NCBI GenBank assembly: GCA_903873735.1
Contig: CAIQPO010000043.1
Span: forward strand, 1 to 39,399
Reading direction: 5' to 3'
DNA from: Candidatus Collierbacteria bacterium
GTDB lineage: Bacteria > Patescibacteriota > Microgenomatia > UBA1400 > MFAQ01
DNA: 39,399 bases
Part shown: one piece after another, positions 17,948 to 26,958 of the stretch
Layout of the letters: each line of letters begins with the position of its first letter
How positions within the stretch are numbered: position 1 is the first letter of the stretch
Translations under genes and position numbers: made by a program
The notes under the pieces: generated by a model
Database searches by the model: none
What the model was told of the DNA's origin: nothing
Seen by the model: only the letters and a program-made list of their open reading frames with translations

Positions 17948-18016
17948 CCTCCTCTCTTTAAATAAGATTCATCAAAGTACAGCGCGTATTATAAGACCAA
18001 ATCCTATATATATCAA
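17948..18016 (-). promoter_or_regulatory. Cassette 8 promoter + boxA-like motif + SD
   Basis: TTGATA(18016-18011, overlapping the topA stop)-17-TATAAT(17993-17988); TGTACTTTGAT (17981-17971); GGAGG (17952-17948). Confidence 0.8.
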
Positions 18017-20007
18017 GAAGCAGTCTCTACTTCTCCTTTTTGCTGTGGTTTGTGCCAACTTGCCCATGTACAGTTCGGGTAATCCTCACATCCATAAAAA
18101 TCTCTACCGGTCTTAGTTTTTTTAAGAACTACTCGCTTACCGCATTTCTCACAAGTCACTCCATCAACATATTCAATATACTGGTCTGTGTATTTACATT
18201 CTGGATATTTATCACAACTTAAAAACTTTCCAAACTTTCCATCTCTTATCACCACTTCTCCAGTTTTACACTCTGGGCATTTTTTTCCAGTAGAAATTGT
18301 GGGCACAGCTACCCTAGCACTTTCTTTATCTACTATTGCCAATCTATCCTTAAACGTATCCCAAAAATTACTTAGCATTTTTTCCCAGTTCTCCTTACCA
18401 TCAGCCACCAAATCCAAATCATCCTCCATCTTGGCTGTAAACTCATACTCCATCTCTGTTGGGAAGTTTTTCATTAAGAAATCAGTCACCGCTTCACCAA
18501 TTGAAGTAGCAAAAAATCTTCTTTCTCTTTGTTCTACATATCTTCTATCCTGAATGGTTGAAATAATTGCAGCATAAGTAGAAGGTCTACCGATTCCCCT
18601 CTTCTCCAACTCCCTTATCAAAGAGGCATCATTGTATCTTGCTGGAGGTTGGGTAAATTTTTGTTCCGACAACACTTTTTCTTTCTTCAATTTTTCTCCA
18701 GCTATCACTTCTGGAATTATTTGTGCCTCACCATTCTCCTTGGGAAATAGCTTCTTCCAACCTTCGAATTTAATTGTATTCCCATTACCAGTAAGCAAAT
18801 ACTTTCCACACAACACAGACACTCCAGTATCATCAAAAATCGCATCATTCATCTGACAAGCCACAGTTCTCCTCCAAATAAGCGAGTAAAGCTTAGATTG
18901 GTCAGCCATCATTCCATCTTGTCCTTTATAGGCACCAGGGGTAACACTGACATTTGTTGGTCTTACTGCCTCATGAGCTTCTTGCGCTACCACTTTCCCA
19001 CTTGCTTTATAAACTCTCGGCACATTTGACACAAAAGTCGCCCCATATTCTGACTCAATCTGTTTTCTAATCTGGTCAATAGCGGAATCAACTAAATTTA
19101 GAGAATCAGTACGATGGTAGGTAATGTCACCTTGTTCATATAATCTCTGAGCTACATTCATTGTCCTCTTTGCTGACCACCCAAAAGCATTTGCTGCAGC
19201 CTGCTGTAGAGTTGATGTTTTGAAGGGTGGGTGTGGAGCCACATGTCTTTCTGTCTTTGTAAGCTTGGAAACTTCATACTCGCCCTTCTCCAAATCAGAT
19301 ACAACTCTACCAGCAATCTCTCCGCTATTAACTACTGCTTTCTTGTTATCGATCTTTGCCAGCTGAATTTCAAATGCTTTACCGTTTTTTGTTGTCACCA
19401 AAGCGGAAATCTCCCAATACTCTACCGGTTTAAATTTTTGGATCTCTCTTTCCCGCTCTACTATCAACCTCACCGCAACGCTCTGGACTCTTCCAGCTGA
19501 TAAACCCCTTCTCACCTTTTTCCACAAAATTGGAGACAATTTATAGCCCACCAATCTATCCAAGAAGCGTCTAGCTTGTTGGGCATTCACCAGATTCATA
19601 TCTACCTGTCTGGGATTGTCCAAAGCCTCAAGAATTGCCTCTTTGGTAATTGAGTGAAAAGTAATTCGTTTTACTTCTGTCCCCTTTTTAAGTGAACTTC
19701 TAAGAAGTGATGACACATGCCAAGCTATTGCCTCCCCTTCACGGTCAGGATCTGATGCCAATATAATTTCACTGGCTTTTTTTGCCTCCTTCTCCAACAG
19801 GCTTACTTGTTCATCTTTTCCTTTCATCACTTTATATTCAGGAATGAAATCATAGACCGCTTTACCCTTTTCTTTAATTTCTATTCCAAATTTACTTTCA
19901 GGTAAGTCACGAACATGACCCATACTGGCCATGATCTTGAAATCACTTCCTAAGTACTTAGATAAACTTTTTGTTTTTGTGGGTGATTCGACAATGACTA
20001 AACGCAT
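18013..20007 (-). CDS. topA: DNA topoisomerase I
   Basis: LVIVESPTK, ASDPDREGEAI, SAGRVQS, ITYHRTDS, GIGRPSTYA, C-terminal C4 zinc ribbons. Confidence 0.98.
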   Translation of the reverse strand: MRLVIVESPTKTKSLSKYLGSDFKIMASMGHVRDLPESKFGIEIKEKGKAVYDFIPEYKVMKGKDEQVSLLEKEAKKASEIILASDPDREGEAIAWHVSSLLRSSLKKGTEVKRITFHSITKEAILEALDNPRQVDMNLVNAQQARRFLDRLVGYKLSPILWKKVRRGLSAGRVQSVAVRLIVEREREIQKFKPVEYWEISALVTTKNGKAFEIQLAKIDNKKAVVNSGEIAGRVVSDLEKGEYEVSKLTKTERHVAPHPPFKTSTLQQAAANAFGWSAKRTMNVAQRLYEQGDITYHRTDSLNLVDSAIDQIRKQIESEYGATFVSNVPRVYKASGKVVAQEAHEAVRPTNVSVTPGAYKGQDGMMADQSKLYSLIWRRTVACQMNDAIFDDTGVSVLCGKYLLTGNGNTIKFEGWKKLFPKENGEAQIIPEVIAGEKLKKEKVLSEQKFTQPPARYNDASLIRELEKRGIGRPSTYAAIISTIQDRRYVEQRERRFFATSIGEAVTDFLMKNFPTEMEYEFTAKMEDDLDLVADGKENWEKMLSNFWDTFKDRLAIVDKESARVAVPTISTGKKCPECKTGEVVIRDGKFGKFLSCDKYPECKYTDQYIEYVDGVTCEKCGKRVVLKKTKTGRDFYGCEDYPNCTWASWHKPQQKGEVETAS

Positions 20008-20049
20008 ACTTAATAAGATTACAACATTTTTTAGTGAGGGTATTCTAGC

Positions 20050-20082
20050 AAAAAAAATCTCCTGTGATAAATCACAGGAGAT
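20050..20082 (-). terminator. Intrinsic terminator of the large RNA (cassette 9)
   Basis: ATCTCCTGTGAT-TT-ATCACAGGAGAT followed by a T run on minus. Confidence 0.85.
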
Positions 20083-20088
20083 AAGGCA

Positions 20089-20545
20089 TCAAATGAGAGC
20101 AACCGGAGAGGGCGGCTAAGCCGCAAACATTGGGCTTGCCGCCCTCCCGGAAAAGAAAATACAGCATCACCTTTAGGTAGCCTAAAGACTCAATATGCAC
20201 TCTCGGGCCACATTGCCCGAAGCACGGAGTCTGGCACTACCTACTAAGCACGTGGCATGGAGCCACGCCCTACCCCATCTGGAGGAGGGTTGGCTTAGTC
20301 CGCATTGCGGCGTGCTGTTTCTGAAGTACCCCAAAAAGGGTATTTTATGCTAAGGCCGCGGAACGGTCTAGGCATCTTCAGCCAAGTCAGGATATCGAGG
20401 ACTTGGACTCTTACCCCGCCGCGAGGGAAAAAGAAAAAACGCGGGGCTTACAACCACAAGGGGCCGGTGCAGTGTCGCTGCTTTCGTCGGCTTCCCGAGA
20501 TAAAGACATTCATATCTTCATTTCAGGAAGTCGACTCTCATTTAA
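20089..20545 (-). ncRNA. Putative large structured non-coding RNA (~455 nt), class not recognised
   Basis: Own promoter, boxA-like motif and terminator but no SD-led ORF; 5' TTAAATGAGAGT pairs with 3' GCTCTCATTTGA; more than ten nested helices visible by eye. Confidence 0.75.
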
Positions 20546-20602
20546 TTAAAGTTCACTCAAAAAGAGTACGGGTATAATATCACCACATTATCACTTTGTC
20601 AA
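20545..20602 (-). promoter_or_regulatory. Cassette 9 (RNA) promoter + boxA-like motif
   Basis: TTGACA(20602-20597)-17-TATTAT(20579-20574) with extended TG; TGAACTTTAAT (20555-20545) directly before the closing helix. Confidence 0.8.
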
Positions 20603-20620
20603 GTACTATGAGTTTGATAC

Positions 20621-22162
20621 CTATTTTTTCATCAAAACTGGCATCATCTCTTTAACCACTGGACCAGCCACAGCCGACCCTTCTCCACCAGCTTCCACCA
20701 ACACCGTAACAACAAGCCATTCCTTTATGTCATCACCTTTGGGTACCACTACGCTAATCCAAGCATGCGGCTCATCCTTTTCACCTCCCTGCTGAGCGGT
20801 ACCTGTTTTGCAATAAATTTTCCCCCCATATTCAAAAAGTGGAAATGCCGTTCCACCCTCTCTACAAGTCATTTCCATACCTTTCTTAACCACTTCAATA
20901 TTTTTCTTAGTAATACCCACCTCGCGGCATCCTTTTATCCCCACCAGGAGCGGAGTACACCATTCTCCACTAATTACAGCAGCAGTCATTCTATTAATTT
21001 GAAGCGGTGTTACGAGCAAGTCACCTTGTCCAATAGACATGTGATAAGTATTCCCCAAAAACCACTTTGCACCTGAGTATTTTTCTCTCCAATATGGAGT
21101 CGGGACAAAACCATCTGCCTCAAATGGTAGATCTATTCCTGTCTTCTTTCCTAAACCCGTCGTCTCCGACCATTTGACCAACGACTCAACACCCAACATT
21201 TCACCCAATTTATAGAAAAAGATATCGTTACTTCTAGAAAGAGCTTTCTCCACATCCAAAGCCCCTTCAACCTTTCCATATTTATCCAAAAACCAATTAC
21301 CAAATCTGTATTCTCCAATTTTTATCTCTCCAGTATCCTCAATTATGGTTTCAGATGTAATTTTTCCTTCAGACAAACCAGCCAAGGCCGTAAGGACCTT
21401 ATAAACCGATCCAGGCGCAAACTGTCCAGAAACTACTCTATTGTACAAAGGCTTCTTATCATTATCCGACACAATAGACTGTACATCTTTAAACTCCCCA
21501 CCGTAATCGCTCCGTTTCCCAGAATTAATAAATAAGTTTGCATCATAAGATGGTAGGCTTACCAGAGCCAATACTTCACCATTAATTTTAGCGACCACCC
21601 CCGAAGCGCTCTTTCCAGTAGTATTGAGCATCGACTTAAGTGACAAAAACATGCTCTTTTGGATATCCAAGTCAATATTCGTTTTAATGTTCTCCCCAAA
21701 GACGGGATTTATTCTGGAAATTTCTTTGATATTTACTCCCTCTGCACTCTCCTCTACCAATACCTCACCCCAAGTACCCATCAAGCGATTGTCATATATC
21801 TTTTCTAACCCAGACTTACCCACCAGAGTCTCATTGCTACATTTGCTACATTTTTCCAAATCTTCCCTTGATGCTCTCGATAAATACCCAGTCACCCCCG
21901 CCAACATCTCGCCATATGGATAAAATCTAAACGTCTTACCACTCACTTCAATATTCAAAGCCATACTTTTACCAGTTCGATCTGTAATTATTCCCCTTGC
22001 TGGTAATATCGACACCCTCCTTACCATGTTCCCCTTTGCCATACCTTCATAGTAATCCCCCATAAACACGCTTAAAAACACTACCCTCGACAAACCCACT
22101 GACAACAGTAGCATCAAGGCAATTTTCAAGACAAAAAATGATATTCGTCGTTGACTCATCAA
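20621..22162 (-). CDS. mrdA: Penicillin-binding protein 2 (class B transpeptidase)
   Basis: N-terminal TM, PARGIITDR, PGSVYK (SxxK), SND, KTGTAQ; downstream of mreD. Confidence 0.9.
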   Translation of the reverse strand: MMSQRRISFFVLKIALMLLLSVGLSRVVFLSVFMGDYYEGMAKGNMVRRVSILPARGIITDRTGKSMALNIEVSGKTFRFYPYGEMLAGVTGYLSRASREDLEKCSKCSNETLVGKSGLEKIYDNRLMGTWGEVLVEESAEGVNIKEISRINPVFGENIKTNIDLDIQKSMFLSLKSMLNTTGKSASGVVAKINGEVLALVSLPSYDANLFINSGKRSDYGGEFKDVQSIVSDNDKKPLYNRVVSGQFAPGSVYKVLTALAGLSEGKITSETIIEDTGEIKIGEYRFGNWFLDKYGKVEGALDVEKALSRSNDIFFYKLGEMLGVESLVKWSETTGLGKKTGIDLPFEADGFVPTPYWREKYSGAKWFLGNTYHMSIGQGDLLVTPLQINRMTAAVISGEWCTPLLVGIKGCREVGITKKNIEVVKKGMEMTCREGGTAFPLFEYGGKIYCKTGTAQQGGEKDEPHAWISVVVPKGDDIKEWLVVTVLVEAGGEGSAVAGPVVKEMMPVLMKK

Positions 22163-22584
22163 TATCTTAGTCTAATTGAATCTTGTGACTCAAACCACTT
22201 AAGAAACATTACAAATACCAATACCACTGAAATTAGCTCAAAAACAGACCAATTAATGTTAAAAACTTTATCAAAGACAATATTTGCTACCACCACCAGC
22301 ACAACCTGTACCATGCCTCCGATTTTCTTGATATCCGGAAATAACGATACAAGCCCACAAACAATTAATAAAAATAAACTTGGCACACCAATCGGCAGAC
22401 CATGAATACTCCCGACGACAAGCCCTAAAACTAGTGCCATCCAAAAAATTTCCTCACGATCTGAAAACAAAATCAAAGCTGGCCAATACCAACCAAATGC
22501 AAACAGACCCTCACCTAATAAAGTTAAGATAAATGTGATCGCTATCGCTTTTGTGATATTCTTGTCTTGATCTACAAAGTTCAT
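22159..22584 (-). CDS. mreD: Rod shape-determining protein MreD-like membrane protein
   Basis: Hydrophobic multi-TM protein between mreC and pbp2, overlapping the pbp2 start; call rests largely on synteny. Confidence 0.6.
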   Translation of the reverse strand: MNFVDQDKNITKAIAITFILTLLGEGLFAFGWYWPALILFSDREEIFWMALVLGLVVGSIHGLPIGVPSLFLLIVCGLVSLFPDIKKIGGMVQVVLVVVANIVFDKVFNINWSVFELISVVLVFVMFLKWFESQDSIRLRY

Positions 22585-22586
22585 TT

Positions 22587-23348
22587 ATGAGTAGTAGCAA
22601 AATTAGTTTATTACTTTTACCACTTCTGGTGTCCATCCTACTATCAACGCTTAGTAATCTCAAGGTAGGAAAAGCACTCGAATCGGCATTAAATTATTCA
22701 CTTTCTCCAATCCTTTTTCCACTAGGGCAAGGTAGAGCTTTTATTACTCAAAAAGTTTTACTAATTAAGAACGCCCCATCAGTTTATAAGGAAAATCAAA
22801 ATCTATCTCAAGAAAACACTTCGCTAAAAAGCGAAAATCAAACCTTAAAAGACTTATTATCTGAAAACAAAATCACCCACAAATACAACCAATATCAGAT
22901 CGTTCCGATTAGAATCACCAGAGTTACAAATTTAATCACCGCCACCACTAATCAAGACTTTACTCAAATCGCAAAAGGTCAACCAGTTGTTAGTGGCAGC
23001 AACTTAATCGGTTTTGTCGATCAGGTCAAAGCTCCAATTATTGAAATTGTCCCTCTTGACTCAGATTCATGCCCCACTTTCCCAGTCAGGACTAGCTCAA
23101 ATCAAATTGCCAAGTACTCTCACGAAAACCGAATATCTATCATTTCTGACATCCCTAGTGTTAGCCAAATAAACCTAAATGACACCATATTCACCGAAGC
23201 CTCTCCCACCACACCCGCAAATCTTGTAATTGGCACAATAAAAAGGATCATCTCTAGTCCTCAAGAACCAATACAAAAAGCTGAAATAAACTTAGAATCA
23301 AGTTTTTCAAACAATCCAAGTGACTTGGTCATAATCACTAAACCATAG
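22587..23348 (+). CDS. mreC: Rod shape-determining protein MreC
   Basis: N-terminal TM, coiled coil (ENQNLSQENTSLKSENQTLK), GQPVVSGSNLIGFV, PANLVIGTI. Confidence 0.8.
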   Translation: MSSSKISLLLLPLLVSILLSTLSNLKVGKALESALNYSLSPILFPLGQGRAFITQKVLLIKNAPSVYKENQNLSQENTSLKSENQTLKDLLSENKITHKYNQYQIVPIRITRVTNLITATTNQDFTQIAKGQPVVSGSNLIGFVDQVKAPIIEIVPLDSDSCPTFPVRTSSNQIAKYSHENRISIISDIPSVSQINLNDTIFTEASPTTPANLVIGTIKRIISSPQEPIQKAEINLESSFSNNPSDLVIITKP

Positions 23349-23353
23349 GAAAA

Positions 23354-23941
23354 TTAATACCCAAGTAGCTGAAACCCTACCACCGAAAGTAAAGTCGCCA
23401 AAGCTGCCCCAGCCATCACTTGAGTTAAGGTGTGTTTTCTCAAATAAACCCTTGACCAAATTACAAGCAACAGTATAGACACCATCCATCCATAACTTCT
23501 CCAACCCCAAAATACATTCAATGTCACCATCAGTAATGCATTCACTCCTCCATGGACTGATATTTTCCAGTAGTTATTAATCCACATAAAGCACAGTGAC
23601 ACAAACAACAAAAGCCCCAAGACCTCTGCCAATCGGATTTCACCAGCAAGTGCTGTCACTACCACCCCTAAAGTGTGGCAACCAAGAGTAAATAAATATA
23701 ATGGCTTCCTCTCCTCTCTCTTTGTCACATCAAAATCTGTAAGCTTTCCTTTTTTGGCCCTAGTGATAGCAAATATCGCTGGGGTTATCACATCTACAAT
23801 CATCAACACAGCACTAAACACAAATACTTTTTCAATAGGCACCGAATATCTCACCGCCATAAGCATAATTACCGGGATTTCCCATGCCGGCTCAAACGCC
23901 CTTGATACCAACCAAGCTAATCTCCTTAAAGTCTTTTTCAT
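23354..23941 (-). CDS. PAP2-like integral membrane protein
   Basis: WKISVH and WSRVYLRKHTLTQV motifs; start placed at ATG 23941 (CATAAT-6 nt-ATG). Confidence 0.7.
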   Translation of the reverse strand: MKKTLRRLAWLVSRAFEPAWEIPVIMLMAVRYSVPIEKVFVFSAVLMIVDVITPAIFAITRAKKGKLTDFDVTKREERKPLYLFTLGCHTLGVVVTALAGEIRLAEVLGLLLFVSLCFMWINNYWKISVHGGVNALLMVTLNVFWGWRSYGWMVSILLLVIWSRVYLRKHTLTQVMAGAALATLLSVVGFQLLGY

Positions 23942-23948
23942 ATTTTTA

Positions 23949-25094
23949 TTATGACAGAATAATTCTTTTTGCTCTTTCCTTAATCTCTCTCCAGCTTCTA
24001 ACTCGCTCTGCTTCTTGATATGGAGTGATTGTCTTAGTTCTATAGAGATCAAATGCCTCCAAAGACACAACTCTAGCATTTGGACAATTCTCAGATACCC
24101 ATTTTTTAACTTCCTCAATGTGACCCAAATTGCACATCACCACCTCAACCATATCCATAGTAACCTCCTCACCTATTTGTATGCCATCTGGCACACTAAT
24201 CATTGATGGTGCCTCCACTCCCAAAACTTTTTCAGCATGATTCACTACTTTATCTCTACTTGTACCAAAAACCACAGGCCATCTGTCAAACCAATTCACA
24301 AAACTATATCCCATTCTTGGCAAGCTATCTGCATAAATTTCATTTAATCCATACTCCTTCTTGTCATGAGCTCCAACAATAACATCAACATTGTCCTCTG
24401 CATATTCACCAGTCAGTAATCTATGTCCTGTTTCTCTTGCCCTACTAGCTGCCAATATCGCCCGCTTCTCTGATATTCCAGGTAAGGCAGCCGAATTCGT
24501 CACATGATATAAGTTGCTCAGCACCTCGCCTCCCTTTTCTTGCATTTCAATTAATTCCTCCACAACTCTAACATCTACTAACTCTGCTTCAGAATACTTG
24601 TCCGCTACTGGCAAATAGACATACTCTCCTGGTCTTGTGAACTCACCTTGAACAGGACTAATCGTCATTTCCATATCGTAAATCTCAATCACTGCATCCG
24701 GATCTCCCACTCGCCACATAAAATTATTTATTCTATTTCCCAAGGTTCTCATAGCTTCATGTCTACCTTTTTTACCATAGGCCTGGTAGAACCCTTCTGG
24801 AGATTTAATCTTCTCTTTGATGGCATTGTAGTCTTCTCTGTCTTTTAGTGCCAAATAACACTCATACAAAAACTTAATCTCTTGCTCTGTATCTCTTGTT
24901 TGTGACCCTCTCCTTCTCCAGCAATCTCCCATGAGAGCTCTAGCCCTTTCATCAATCAATTCAGGTAAGACTTCTGGTTCCACTCCATTTTCATTAGCAA
25001 TCTCTTCAAATGTCTTTGGTGTGTATCTTTCAAGATGTGTTTCAACCCTTACCTCTACAGGTCTACCTGCATATTCCCAACCTCTAGTTTCCAT
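23949..25094 (-). CDS. Hypothetical protein (381 aa), possible C-terminal ADP-ribosyltransferase-like fold
   Basis: Long ORF with host-like composition; LYHVTNSAALPGI segment is only suggestive. Confidence 0.65.
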   Translation of the reverse strand: METRGWEYAGRPVEVRVETHLERYTPKTFEEIANENGVEPEVLPELIDERARALMGDCWRRRGSQTRDTEQEIKFLYECYLALKDREDYNAIKEKIKSPEGFYQAYGKKGRHEAMRTLGNRINNFMWRVGDPDAVIEIYDMEMTISPVQGEFTRPGEYVYLPVADKYSEAELVDVRVVEELIEMQEKGGEVLSNLYHVTNSAALPGISEKRAILAASRARETGHRLLTGEYAEDNVDVIVGAHDKKEYGLNEIYADSLPRMGYSFVNWFDRWPVVFGTSRDKVVNHAEKVLGVEAPSMISVPDGIQIGEEVTMDMVEVVMCNLGHIEEVKKWVSENCPNARVVSLEAFDLYRTKTITPYQEAERVRSWREIKERAKRIILS

Positions 25095-25103
25095 TATTTA
25101 ATC

Positions 25104-26171
25104 TTACCTCAATCCACCCACTACTCTTACCTTAGAAAGCAGCTTGTCATCCTCAAGTACTTTCGCACACCCTCGAACCACAGCTTCAAGTGGGTTTTCA
25201 GTTACCCACACAGGCATTCCAGTTTGCTCTGATATCAATTTATCAATATTTCGAATTAACGCTCCACCTCCTGCCATCACCAAACCCTTTTCTAAAATAT
25301 CAGACACCAAATCTGGTGGTGTTTCTTCAATTATTAAATGAATCTCAGATAATATCTGATTGATTACCGGCATCATTGCTTCTCTAATCTCAACACTATC
25401 AAGCTTTAAAGACTTAGGCAAACCATTATCCAAGCTTCTTCCTCTCACCACCACCTGTAAGGGGTTACCTTCTTTTTCTCGCTTCAAAGGATAAGCAGAT
25501 CCAACAGCAATTTTTACCTCTTCTGCTGTACTTTCTCCTAAAAGCATGTTGTACTTTAATCGAACATAATTCATGATCGATTCTGTTAATTCATCGCCTG
25601 CTACCCGCAAACTTCGATTTAACACCAAACCTCCAAGAGAAATTACTCCAATCTCGCTCGTTCCTCCACCAATATCACAAACCATATGACCTTCTGGCTT
25701 CTGGACCTGAAGTCCAGCTCCAATTGCAGCTGCCATTGGTTCTTCTACCAAAAATGCAGCCCTTGCTCCCGCAGATAAAGCCGCCTCCTGGACTGCCCGT
25801 CTTTCCACCTCTGTCACACCACTGGGTATACCAATTGCTACTCTAGGTCTAGGAATCTTCATTCCCAAGCCTTTATAGTATTCGTGCACCTCAACAATAT
25901 AATGCTTGAGCATGGCTTCAGCTGCATCAAAATCAGCTATTACACCATCTCGCAGTGGTCTCACCACTTCAATATTGGCTGGATTCTTACCCAGCATCTT
26001 CTTGGCCTCGTCACCAATTGCCAAAATCTCCTTCGACTTCATTTGTCTCGCCACCACCGATGGTTGTTTTATCACCACCCCCTTACCTCGCACGTGAACT
26101 ACGGTGTTTGCCGTTCCCAAGTCTATCCCTACATCCAGAGTGGCTAGCCTCCATAGTTTTTCCAGTATCAT
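25104..26171 (-). CDS. mreB: Rod shape-determining protein MreB
   Basis: GIDLGTANT, RPLRDGVIADF, EEPMAAAIGAG, DIGGGTSE, MAGGGAL. Confidence 0.98.
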   Translation of the reverse strand: MILEKLWRLATLDVGIDLGTANTVVHVRGKGVVIKQPSVVARQMKSKEILAIGDEAKKMLGKNPANIEVVRPLRDGVIADFDAAEAMLKHYIVEVHEYYKGLGMKIPRPRVAIGIPSGVTEVERRAVQEAALSAGARAAFLVEEPMAAAIGAGLQVQKPEGHMVCDIGGGTSEIGVISLGGLVLNRSLRVAGDELTESIMNYVRLKYNMLLGESTAEEVKIAVGSAYPLKREKEGNPLQVVVRGRSLDNGLPKSLKLDSVEIREAMMPVINQILSEIHLIIEETPPDLVSDILEKGLVMAGGGALIRNIDKLISEQTGMPVWVTENPLEAVVRGCAKVLEDDKLLSKVRVVGGLR

Positions 26172-26239
26172 TTTAAAAAGTCTATCTTAATACGCCTAAT
26201 CATATCAAACTATGCTATCATTGCGTACCCCCAAATATC

Positions 26240-26333
26240 TTGACTTTTTAGCTCAATTATGATATATTATAGGACTGTATTTGGCTAGCACTTTGAGAGT
26301 GTAAGACTCCCCTTTTCAGTAAAACAACAGGAG
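26240..26333 (+). promoter_or_regulatory. Cassette 10 promoter + boxA-like motif + SD
   Basis: TTGACT(26240-26245)-17-TATATT(26263-26268) with extended TG; AGCACTTTGAG (26287-26297); GGAG (26330-26333). Confidence 0.75.
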
Positions 26334-26341
26334 ATACTCAG

Positions 26342-26905
26342 ATGAAGAGATTCGCAGCCTTTATCGTGTTCTGTGTTCTGGTGGCAGCCATGTTTTTTGG
26401 GTTTGTACGCCCGGACCCCACGGAGTGTGGGAATTTCCATCCCCACCTCGACCAGTTCGGGAACAATCCCGCAGAAGTACTAAAGGCCATGGACTGGCTC
26501 ATCAGCTCTGGCAACTTCAACGCCTGGCAAGATGGGGCCCGCATTGTCCTGCAATTTAAATATGCAGGGCGCCTTGGCTTCGGTGCCTTTGGTACTGGCA
26601 ACCCCACCTTCTTCTTCCCTGACAACGGCATCGAGTACATCAGACAGCAGACAAATGGCCTCAACAAAATCACCAGCCAAAAGTCTCTCGATCAAATCAC
26701 TAACCACCTGTACTCATGTCGCAACAGCTTTGCCCGGCAGTATCAGCTAGCTGAAGTCCCTGTCCCTGCTCAACAACCAGCTCAGCAGCCTGCGGTCAAT
26801 TTTTCTCTCGACAGCTTGGCTCCACTGGCCATGACCGCCATGTTGGCAATCATCGTTATTGGCTGTGGCGCGCTGACCTTCGGGCGCAAACTGGCAATGG
26901 GGTAA
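26342..26905 (+). CDS. Cassette 10 cargo: exported protein with signal/TM, PAQQ linker and C-terminal TM
   Basis: MKRFAAFIVFCVLVAAMFF; PAQQPAQQPA; C-terminal hydrophobic helix with basic tail. Confidence 0.8.
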   Translation: MKRFAAFIVFCVLVAAMFFGFVRPDPTECGNFHPHLDQFGNNPAEVLKAMDWLISSGNFNAWQDGARIVLQFKYAGRLGFGAFGTGNPTFFFPDNGIEYIRQQTNGLNKITSQKSLDQITNHLYSCRNSFARQYQLAEVPVPAQQPAQQPAVNFSLDSLAPLAMTAMLAIIVIGCGALTFGRKLAMG

Positions 26906-26928
26906 ACACAACTCAATATGTAGTCAAC

Positions 26929-26958
26929 AAAACACGGTCCACCAGACCGTGTTTTTTT
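26929..26958 (+). terminator. Intrinsic terminator, cassette 10 (possibly bidirectional)
   Basis: AAAACACGGTC-CACCA-GACCGTGTTTT-TTT. Confidence 0.85.

Noticed and set aside
20101-20150. Group II intron domain V/VI
   Set aside because: The long GC-rich hairpin lacks the domain V triad and bulge geometry; no gene is interrupted and no RT ORF is present.
20089-20545. RNase P RNA (rnpB) or tmRNA as the identity of the structured RNA
   Set aside because: Size fits and short look-alikes occur (GGTAAGAG, CGGCTTA), but GAGGAAAGUCC and a proper 3' P4 context are absent on both strands, and there are no tmRNA tRNA-like ends. A very divergent form cannot be excluded without a covariance-model search.
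20305-20577. 90-aa plus-strand ORF (and 19931-20119) over the RNA locus
   Set aside because: No SD or promoter in that orientation; promoter, motif and terminator all point to the minus strand.
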